DNA of 32,000 nucleotides from Wolbachia endosymbiont of Armadillidium arcangelii (GTDB lineage Bacteria; Pseudomonadota; Alphaproteobacteria; Rickettsiales; Anaplasmataceae): NCBI RefSeq assembly GCF_040207875.1, contig NZ_CP157942.1, positions 1,458,001 to 1,490,000 of the forward strand, read 5' to 3'. Shown piece by piece: positions 24,916 to 32,000 of this stretch (position 1 is its first letter; each line of letters starts with the position of its first letter). The notes under the pieces were generated by a model. It saw only the letters and a program-made list of their open reading frames with translations, ran no database searches and was not told where the DNA came from. The position numbers and the translations under genes were made by a program.

Positions 24916-26358
24916 CTAAAGTATAAACTTAGATAAATCAAGCTGCTTTGAAATTGATTCAAGCTTGTCTCTTACATATTTACTATCTATAACAAATTTT
25001 TCACTGTTTTTTTCAGAAGCGATAAAACTTATTTCATCTAAAAGCTTCTCCATGACAGTATGAAGCCTTCTTGCACCTATATTTTCTACTTCTCTATTAA
25101 CTGTAAACGCTATTTCAGCTATGGTTTCTATACCATCATCAGTGAACCCAAGCGTCACATTTTCTGTTTTCATTAAAGCTATATACTGCTTTAACAAACT
25201 AGATTCTGGTTCCTTTAATATTTTTATTAAATCCTCTTGAGTAAGTGCCTTAAGTTCCACTCTAATTGGCAATCTACCCTGTAATTCTGGTAAAAGATCA
25301 GATGGTTTAGACAAATGAAAAGCACCAGATGCAATAAATAATATATAGTCTGTTTTTACTGGACCATACTTAGTTGAAACAGTTGTTCCTTCAAGTAGTG
25401 GCAAAAGATCGCGTTGCACCCCTTCTCTGTTGACTTCACCTTTTATTTCTGTACGTGCTGCAATTTTATCTATTTCATCTAAAAACACTATGCCTTCATT
25501 GCTAACAAGATCAATCGCTTCTTTGATTACCTTATCTTCATCCATTAACTTCTCACTTTCTTCGTTAACCAATATTTCTCGAGCTTCTTTTACCTTAACT
25601 GTAATAGTTTTTGTTTTTTTGCTCCCATTAAACATCTTGCCAACTATTTCTGTTACATTCATCACGCCAATTTGCCCACCTGGCATACCAGGTATATCAA
25701 AAGTGGGTAGCATACCCTTGCTCTCCCTGACGTTAATAGAAACTTCTCCATCTTCAAATTCCTTATTTCTCAGTCTTTCTCTAAAAACCTTTTTGCTTTC
25801 CTCAGTTGCATCTTTGCCAACCATGGAATTAACTATTATCTTTTCTGCTAAATCCAAAGCTTTTTTAGTTAAGGCTTTACATGCTTTTTCCTTAACTAAA
25901 ACTATTGCTGTGTCAACTAAATCACGTATTATCGAGTCAACATCACGCCCAACATATCCTATTTCGGTAAATTTCGTTGCTTCAATTTTTATAAAAGGTG
26001 CACCAGCAAGCTTTGCTAAACGGCGAGCTATTTCAGTTTTGCCAACTCCCGTATGGCCTATCATGAGTATATTCTTAGGTATAATCTCTTCACGTAGTGG
26101 AAGTGGGACTTTATTTCGACGCCAACGATTTCTGAGTGCAATAGCAACAGCACGCTTTGCGTCATTCTGCCCAATTATAAATCTATCCAGCTCTTTAACT
26201 ATTTTCTGTGGTGGTAGATCATCTAATAAAGCTTGTGAGCTTTGAGTGCTACTACTTTCTGTACCTTCATTTTCATAGAGGACATTTTTTTCATTGCAGT
26301 TATCAGATTGACCTACTACAGGTTGAGCAAAAGAATTGGTACACAAGATTCTTGACAT
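24916..26358 (-). CDS. hslU: ATP-dependent protease ATPase subunit HslU (with about 45-aa N-terminal extension)
   Basis: [46 protein letters not shown] (Walker A), [10 protein letters not shown] (Walker B), and [12 protein letters not shown]. Confidence 0.92.
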   Translation of the reverse strand: MSRILCTNSFAQPVVGQSDNCNEKNVLYENEGTESSSTQSSQALLDDLPPQKIVKELDRFIIGQNDAKRAVAIALRNRWRRNKVPLPLREEIIPKNILMIGHTGVGKTEIARRLAKLAGAPFIKIEATKFTEIGYVGRDVDSIIRDLVDTAIVLVKEKACKALTKKALDLAEKIIVNSMVGKDATEESKKVFRERLRNKEFEDGEVSINVRESKGMLPTFDIPGMPGGQIGVMNVTEIVGKMFNGSKKTKTITVKVKEAREILVNEESEKLMDEDKVIKEAIDLVSNEGIVFLDEIDKIAARTEIKGEVNREGVQRDLLPLLEGTTVSTKYGPVKTDYILFIASGAFHLSKPSDLLPELQGRLPIRVELKALTQEDLIKILKEPESSLLKQYIALMKTENVTLGFTDDGIETIAEIAFTVNREVENIGARRLHTVMEKLLDEISFIASEKNSEKFVIDSKYVRDKLESISKQLDLSKFIL

Positions 26359-26359
26359 A

Positions 26360-26914
26360 TTACTCCTCTATTTTTTCGATAATTACATTATGGTTTGTAT
26401 AAACACATATATCGGCAGCTATCTTCATAGCCTTTTTTGCAATCTCCTCTATTGATATCCCTTCGACGTCAATCAAAGCCTTTGCTGCAGATAAAGCAAA
26501 ATTTCCTCCAGAGCCAATGGCTGCAACCCCATCTTCAGGTTCAAGAACGTCACCCGTTCCTGTAATGACCAATGAAATGGATTTATCTGCCACAATCATC
26601 ATAGCCTCTAATTTCCTTAGATATTTATCCATTCTCCAGTCTTTTGCAAGTTCAACACATGCTCTCATTAACTGTCCCGGATGTTTGTCAAGTTTTGACT
26701 CCAGTCTTTCAAAAAGGGTAAATGCATCAGCCGTTGCTCCAGCAAAACCGGCAATTACGGAATCACCAGAAAGACGCCTAACTTTTTTTGCTCCAGATTT
26801 TATAACGGTATGGCCTAGCGAGACTTGTCCATCACCTATTACTACTACACTTTTATCTTTTCTAATTGACAGTATAGTAGTCCCATACATTTTACTGTTG
26901 TCATGATGAATCAT
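26360..26914 (-). CDS. hslV: ATP-dependent protease subunit HslV
   Basis: [24 protein letters not shown] (N-terminal Thr nucleophile region) and [14 protein letters not shown]. The stop lies 1 nt before the hslU ATG. Confidence 0.92.
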   Translation of the reverse strand: MIHHDNSKMYGTTILSIRKDKSVVVIGDGQVSLGHTVIKSGAKKVRRLSGDSVIAGFAGATADAFTLFERLESKLDKHPGQLMRACVELAKDWRMDKYLRKLEAMMIVADKSISLVITGTGDVLEPEDGVAAIGSGGNFALSAAKALIDVEGISIEEIAKKAMKIAADICVYTNHNVIIEKIEE

Positions 26915-26996
26915 TTTTTTGCTACTTTATATTGTAAGTATTAGTTAAGATTATAGCTTATAATATAGTACTTTTCTTATAACATTTAAAGTGTAG

Positions 26997-28151
26997 ATGC
27001 AAAATATAATTCATTCAAATTTGGAAAAAGATATAAATAGTTGGTTCAAAACAAAATTTAATGGCCTTACATTACCATTTTATAGCTCCATAGATCTTAG
27101 GAATTCAGGCTGCAAAATTGCTCCAGTAGACGCCAATTTGTTTCCTGCAGGGTTCAATAATCTAAGTGAAATATCGAGAGTAACAGCAGCAAAATTGATA
27201 AAAAGCTACTTTGAAACAAAACAATATAAAAAGGCTCTTATAATACCAGAGAATTACACACGAAATAAAATGTATATAGAAAATGTATTTGCCATAGAAA
27301 AAATACTGCAACTTGCAGATTTCGAGACTAAAATCGGTCTCTTTCACAGTGAAGCATATAATTTAATAGAATTATACGAGACTATTGTAGAAGAAAACTC
27401 TTTGCTAAAGACAACTTCAGGGTTTGTACCCGATGTTGTTATACTGAATCGAGACATGACAAGCCACATTCCTGATATTCTCAAAAATGTAAAACAAGAG
27501 ATAATACCAAGCCCATTATATGGTTGGCACAGTAGACAGAAATTTCAATATTTTAAAATTTATCAAGAATTAGCATCCGAGTTTTGTAGCGAATTTCAAA
27601 TAGATCTATGGCTTATTTCTGCATTTACAGAAAACTGCAATGAAGTAGATTTTAATGATGATTCATCACTAAAAGCAATAGCGGTTAAAGTTGATCAAAT
27701 ATTGTCCTTAGTACAAAAAAAATATCAGGAACATAAAATAAAAACACAACCTTACGTTTTTATCAAAGCAAGCAATGGCACATACGGGATGGGTATCATA
27801 ACAGTGACAAGCGGTGAAGAAGTATTAAACCTCAACAAAAAAAAGCGCCATAAAATGAAAAAGGTAAAGGAAGGGATAGAAGTAAGTAGCGTTATTATAC
27901 AAGAAGGTGTACCAACCATCGATGTATTTAAGCGCAGTCCTGCAGAACCGCTAATATACTACATAGGAAATATACCAATGTGCTACTTATATAGGTGTAA
28001 TAGCAGAAAAGATATATATTCTAGCTTGAATTCCACTGACTGTGAATTTTATGATATTAGCCAAGAAAATAAAACCCTGCCACTTTGGAACATTGTTAGC
28101 AAATTAGCAGTGCTAGCATTAGCAGTGGAAATTAGGTCTTTTCATCTCTAA
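26997..28151 (+). CDS. gshA: probable glutamate--cysteine ligase (small proteobacterial GshA-type family)
   Basis: 384 aa. The N-terminal PFYSSIDLRNSGCKIAPVDANLFPAGFNNL and central YVFIKASNGTYGMGI resemble the compact gamma-glutamylcysteine ligase family as I recall it. Not verified by search. Confidence 0.5.
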   Translation: MQNIIHSNLEKDINSWFKTKFNGLTLPFYSSIDLRNSGCKIAPVDANLFPAGFNNLSEISRVTAAKLIKSYFETKQYKKALIIPENYTRNKMYIENVFAIEKILQLADFETKIGLFHSEAYNLIELYETIVEENSLLKTTSGFVPDVVILNRDMTSHIPDILKNVKQEIIPSPLYGWHSRQKFQYFKIYQELASEFCSEFQIDLWLISAFTENCNEVDFNDDSSLKAIAVKVDQILSLVQKKYQEHKIKTQPYVFIKASNGTYGMGIITVTSGEEVLNLNKKKRHKMKKVKEGIEVSSVIIQEGVPTIDVFKRSPAEPLIYYIGNIPMCYLYRCNSRKDIYSSLNSTDCEFYDISQENKTLPLWNIVSKLAVLALAVEIRSFHL

Positions 28152-28933
28152 TCATTAATTTCTATAATGTTGCCATTATGCTGAGTATGGCGAGCGCCAT
28201 CAAGTCCAGTAGAAGGATCCGTACCATTACTAGGTTGATTGACAAATCTATCGATGTTTGATACCAAGTATGCCAGACTTAATATTATACTCACTGTTAC
28301 GCTTAAGTTGAAGTTATAGATTATACCACCACCCAAATCTATTGGTATGGTTGAAATTTCCATTCTTTTTAAGATGAAGCTTAACAAGCCCAATGACAAA
28401 GCGAATGTGCTAAAAATAACGTCTTTACTATATTTAGCAGACTTTTCAGAATCCTTATTATCCAGATACTTCTTCCATGTATAATAGTAGCTTATAAATT
28501 CTGAAAATAGAAACAGAACTGCTGATGTTAAGCTAATATAACTTATTATATCTTTATTGTTTCCAGCTAAGAAATGAATGATTTTTGTCTGCATCAATAT
28601 TCCTATGATACGGTGTGTCAAGAAGGCCGAGCTACCTACAACCTGTACTGTTTTTTCAGGTTCACCTTTATCATCTTGAGCTTTATATCCAGCTAAGCTG
28701 AGTCCGGAATGAAGAATATATAATACTGATGTTGGTAATTTTATTAACTTGGCAATATCTGATACAGCAGAAATACTAGATCTGTTATTGTCAATAAACT
28801 CGCAACAAAATTGTAGTGAAATCTTACACAATATGCCTGTTAAACCTACTGCAATACAATACATCTTTCTGAGATCATGGTTATGGGCAGCGTGTACCCT
28901 TTGTGCAAATGTATTTATTTTTTTTTCTAGCAT
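28148..28933 (-). CDS. hypothetical multi-pass membrane protein
   Basis: Several hydrophobic segments (MYCIAVGLTGILCKI, IISYISLTSAVLFLFSEFI, VIFSTFALSLGLLSFIL, LSVTVSIILSLAYLV). No family recognised. Confidence 0.5.
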   Translation of the reverse strand: MLEKKINTFAQRVHAAHNHDLRKMYCIAVGLTGILCKISLQFCCEFIDNNRSSISAVSDIAKLIKLPTSVLYILHSGLSLAGYKAQDDKGEPEKTVQVVGSSAFLTHRIIGILMQTKIIHFLAGNNKDIISYISLTSAVLFLFSEFISYYYTWKKYLDNKDSEKSAKYSKDVIFSTFALSLGLLSFILKRMEISTIPIDLGGGIIYNFNLSVTVSIILSLAYLVSNIDRFVNQPSNGTDPSTGLDGARHTQHNGNIIEIND

Positions 28934-28994
28934 AAATAGCTAATAAAATAATAGCTTTTTACTACTTTACTATAAAAATCTTAAAAGAAAAGTG

Positions 28995-30023
28995 CTATAA
29001 ATTAGGACTTTGAGGGTGATTTACACATAAGTCAGCTAAGCACTTGATAAATAAGAAATCGGTACTGAGAGTTGGTACGCGAAAGTAATATCCTTCTTTG
29101 ATAATTGCTTTATACTCTATATCAAGTTCAACTAGCGTTTCCGAATGCTCAGAAACAAAAGATATAGGTGACAAAACTACAGGTATATCATCGGCTCTTG
29201 CGCGTGACAGCTCACTTTCAGTGCTCGGCTCTAACCATTTTACAGGGCCAACCTTACTTTGATAGCATATTCCCCAATCAAGATCTTCAATATTCAATTT
29301 TTTTACTATTAATTTTACTGTTTTTTCTATCTGTGAAGCGTAAGGATCGCCTTTTTTAATAACACTAATAGGTAGGCTATGGGCTGAAAATAGGACTCTT
29401 GGCTTACCGATTTTGCTAGCTAATTTATAATATTTAGACGTCAGATTAACATGAGCCTCAATAAAGTCTTTATTGTCATAGTAATGATTGATTACTTTTG
29501 TGTTACATTCTAGGCTATATTTTTTGGCATTTTTCTGCCAATTTTCAATGGATGACAGGGTTGTGGTGGTTGAATATTGGGGATATAGTGGTAGCAGAAT
29601 GATTTCGTCAGGATCGAATTGCTTTACGCTTTTAACAACTTCATCAGCAAATGGATGCCAATAACGCATGCAGATGAATACTTTTGATGTCATTCCAGCG
29701 CTTGACGCTGGAATCCAGTGTTTTTTTCTAGATCCCAGTGTCTGAGCACTGGGATGACACAAGATAGGTTCATTAAGCTTACATTCAAGTGCATTAGCTT
29801 GTGCTTTTGTATTTTCCAAAATTGGTGATTTACCTCCAATTTCCTCGTATATTTTTCGTGCAATATTTTCTCGTTTTGCAGATATAAACTTTGCTAAAAG
29901 AAACCGAAAGGGATTCAGTAGATTGATTATTCTCCTGTCATAAAAAAGATTGAATAAAAAAGGACGAACCGCATTCAATGAATTAGGTCCGCCAAGGTTA
30001 AATAAGATAACTGCCTTTTTCAC
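28995..30023 (-). CDS. hemH: ferrochelatase carrying a 24-codon in-frame repeat insertion
   Basis: [52 protein letters not shown], and [14 protein letters not shown]. Confidence 0.9.
   Translation of the reverse strand: MKKAVILFNLGGPNSLNAVRPFLFNLFYDRRIINLLNPFRFLLAKFISAKRENIARKIYEEIGGKSPILENTKAQANALECKLNEPILCHPSAQTLGSRKKHWIPASSAGMTSKVFICMRYWHPFADEVVKSVKQFDPDEIILLPLYPQYSTTTTLSSIENWQKNAKKYSLECNTKVINHYYDNKDFIEAHVNLTSKYYKLASKIGKPRVLFSAHSLPISVIKKGDPYASQIEKTVKLIVKKLNIEDLDWGICYQSKVGPVKWLEPSTESELSRARADDIPVVLSPISFVSEHSETLVELDIEYKAIIKEGYYFRVPTLSTDFLFIKCLADLCVNHPQSPNL
29689..29760. repeat. palindromic MITE-like element (two hairpin modules) inserted in frame in hemH
   Basis: gtcattccagcgcttgacgctggaatccag + tgttttttt + ctagatcccagtgtctgagcactgggatgac. 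Translated on the minus strand as [26 protein letters not shown]. Confidence 0.85.
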
Positions 30024-30030
30024 CTACGCA

Positions 30031-30846
30031 CTACTTACAACAAGTTACTTCTGGGGCGCCTATAAAATTAGCTACACACTCATCGAGTTTAGTTGCAGGC
30101 ACTAAATTTCTCACACTTGCATACAATAAATGGCCTGATCTCTGCAGGTTACTCTTGGTGGATGTGAAGCTCCAATCAAAAAATGTATCGACAAAAAGAC
30201 TTGGTACCGTTTCAAGAAGTTCAACAGCAGCTAAAGATAACATGATACAACTTTGCAGGACCTTCAGAAGAACCTTTAGAGGGAAAAGTAAAACTTTAAC
30301 GAAAAGAGAGGTGCTACTCGTTTCATACAGTGGTTGCCCTAGATTAGGCGAATTATACTCGATGTGTTTTCTATTTTGATTGAAAATAGGAAATTTTATA
30401 GCATCCTTCTTAAATTCCGTGTCTATTTCTTTTCTACTATGGTTGGTGATTTTTTCCATTAACTCCTCACGCACGTGAAAAGTTCTTACAAAAAAGCATG
30501 TTGCAACCATCAATGCAGCACATATAAGCGCACACTGTATAAGACTTATACTACCTACCATAGCTGGCAGCGCAAAACAAACAAATGGCACTATAACAGC
30601 CATTTCAAGAAACGGAATAGTATTTCTTTTCATTGCAAAGGCAGCGCCTTTTTTTAATTCTGTATTATGATGTGAGCTATATTCCAAATAACTTAAAAAT
30701 GCCAAATTAAAAGTCAAAAATCCTTTTGTTCCACAAAAAATTGACGATTTCAAGTTATTGACCAATTTTTTAGCAGTAGATCCAACTTGTTTTTCAGTGG
30801 TAGGCTCAGCTTGTTTGGTAGTGTTATTTTTACAACATTCACCCAT
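30031..30846 (-). CDS. hypothetical membrane protein with Cys-Cys motifs at both termini
   Basis: 271-aa ORF. Hydrophobic segments FLEMAVIVPFVCFALPAMVGSISLIQCALICAALMVATCFFV and LLFPLKVLLKVLQSCIMLSLAAV. Starts MGECCK and ends TCCK. Confidence 0.5.
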   Translation of the reverse strand: MGECCKNNTTKQAEPTTEKQVGSTAKKLVNNLKSSIFCGTKGFLTFNLAFLSYLEYSSHHNTELKKGAAFAMKRNTIPFLEMAVIVPFVCFALPAMVGSISLIQCALICAALMVATCFFVRTFHVREELMEKITNHSRKEIDTEFKKDAIKFPIFNQNRKHIEYNSPNLGQPLYETSSTSLFVKVLLFPLKVLLKVLQSCIMLSLAAVELLETVPSLFVDTFFDWSFTSTKSNLQRSGHLLYASVRNLVPATKLDECVANFIGAPEVTCCK

Positions 30847-30958
30847 ACAATACCTCCTTGATGGTTTGTTCTTAACTATAAGTAAAAAAATGCTTTTATG
30901 AAATCAAAATTTATAATAAAATAAATCTACAAATATACAATCTTATATAAGAAACAAC

Positions 30959-31378
30959 ATGGCAATTGAGAAAACACTTTCAATATTAAAACCTGATGCA
31001 GTAAAAAATAACATTACAGGCAAGGTAAATTCATACATTGAAAGCTCTGAGCTGAAAATTATAGCACAAAAAATGATGCTGCTGACAAAAAAACAAGCAG
31101 AGCTGTTTTATGAAATTCATAAAGATAGGTCTTTTTTTGGAGAATTAGTGGAATTTATGACCTCTGGTTCTGTGATAGTTCAAGTTTTAGTTGGTGAAAA
31201 TGCAGTAAGTAAATACAGACAAATCATGGGAGCTACAGATCCAAAACAGGCAGATAAAGGCACAATCAGAGGTGATTTTGCTGATGACATTAGTGAAAAT
31301 AGAGTTCATGGTTCTGATAGTCTAGAAAATGCTCATAGGGAAATAGCTTTCTTTTTTGCTGAGTGTGAATTAGTGTAG
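30959..31378 (+). CDS. ndk: nucleoside diphosphate kinase
   Basis: [20 protein letters not shown], and NRVHGSDS (active-site His). 139 aa. Confidence 0.93.
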   Translation: MAIEKTLSILKPDAVKNNITGKVNSYIESSELKIIAQKMMLLTKKQAELFYEIHKDRSFFGELVEFMTSGSVIVQVLVGENAVSKYRQIMGATDPKQADKGTIRGDFADDISENRVHGSDSLENAHREIAFFFAECELV

Positions 31379-31504
31379 TTTTACTTTTTTATACATAATT
31401 AAATTTTCTGAATTTTATGTTGAGCTATGGAATATTAGCTAAATTTTTAGTTATGAAGGAAAAGCTTTATATCAATTTCATGCATAGTATAGATAATATT
31501 TAAA

Positions 31505-32000
31505 ATGGATCATATTGTTAATGCCTATAATAGATCTGAAGCTTCTATAGTTAGAGGAGAAGGAGTATATCTCTTCGATAAGGATGGTAAAAAATATTTA
31601 GACTTTGCTGCGGGAATTTCTACAACCTCTCTAGGCCATTGTCATCCATACATTACAGATAAACTGAAAGAGCAATTGGGTTCATTGTGGCACTGCTCTA
31701 ATATTTTCACTATCCCTGAGCAGGAGAGGCTCGCTCAGCGTTTAACAGAACTTACCTTTGCTGATAAAGTTTTTTTCTGCTCAAGTGGACTTGAAGCAAC
31801 AGAAGCTGCAATTAAATTTATTCGCCGTTATTTCTACTCAAAAAATCAGGAAAAGCGTAATCGCATCATTACAATTGAAGGAGGTTTTCATGGCCGCAGT
31901 ATTGCTGCAATTTCTGCTGGAGGAAATGAAAAATCACGCGAAGGTTTTGCTCCACTCCTTTCTGGTTTTGACAAGGTACCAAGAAATGACATTAAAGCGC
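31505..32000 (+). CDS. argD: class-III aminotransferase, acetylornithine/succinyldiaminopimelate aminotransferase-like (5' partial, runs off the window)
   Basis: My own translation from ATG 31505: MDHIVNAYNRSEASIVRGEGVYLFDKDGKKYLDFAAGISTTSLGHCHPYITDKLKEQL...FFCSSGLEATEAAIKFIRRY...TIEGGFHGRSIAAISAGG. It is absent from the ORF track because there is no stop in the window. Confidence 0.8.
   Translation, partial: MDHIVNAYNRSEASIVRGEGVYLFDKDGKKYLDFAAGISTTSLGHCHPYITDKLKEQLGSLWHCSNIFTIPEQERLAQRLTELTFADKVFFCSSGLEATEAAIKFIRRYFYSKNQEKRNRIITIEGGFHGRSIAAISAGGNEKSREGFAPLLSGFDKVPRNDIKA

Noticed and set aside
25430-26245. 271-aa plus-strand ORF
   Set aside because: It is antisense to hslU. The translation is low-complexity and Ser/Ile/Leu-rich with no motifs, so it is a shadow ORF.

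Overview
The window is AT-rich and looks like a Wolbachia-type (Anaplasmataceae, Rickettsiales) chromosome segment. That assignment is an inference from gene content, ankyrin genes and short protein-coding palindromic repeats; no database search was run.

Most of the window is housekeeping:
- nuoG (N-terminal part), pepA, and a folate block of folA, folK/folP and folB plus a CADD/PqqC-like gene
- priA, thyX, murA, fabF-acpP, ispA, hslVU
- a gshA-like ligase, hemH, ndk, and argD (5' part)

There are two accessory patches:
1. About 6.3-11.1 kb: two ankyrin plus transmembrane proteins, an IS110-family element with a single 1-nt frameshift, and a disordered orphan ORF. Imperfect inverted repeats of about 220-270 bp bracket the inner 3 kb.
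2. 13.75-18.22 kb, the best candidate for an undescribed system: a tightly linked two-gene module. It encodes a 313-aa orphan and a 1167-aa modular protein. The large protein has a tandem pair of collagenase-like zincin domains (only the second keeps HExxH), about 9-10 ankyrin repeats and an orphan C-terminal domain. Its modules are separated by three R-x-K-R motifs, each followed by an acidic run, which resemble eukaryotic furin/proprotein-convertase sites. This suggests a host-processed polyprotein effector or toxin.

A MITE-like palindromic element (core GTCATTCCAGTGCTTGACACTGGAATCCAG) occurs at 8 loci. Three are in-frame insertions in intact essential genes: priA 510 bp, ispA 204 bp, hemH 72 bp. 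The other five lie at 3' ends of genes. No rRNA, tRNA or CRISPR array was recognised.
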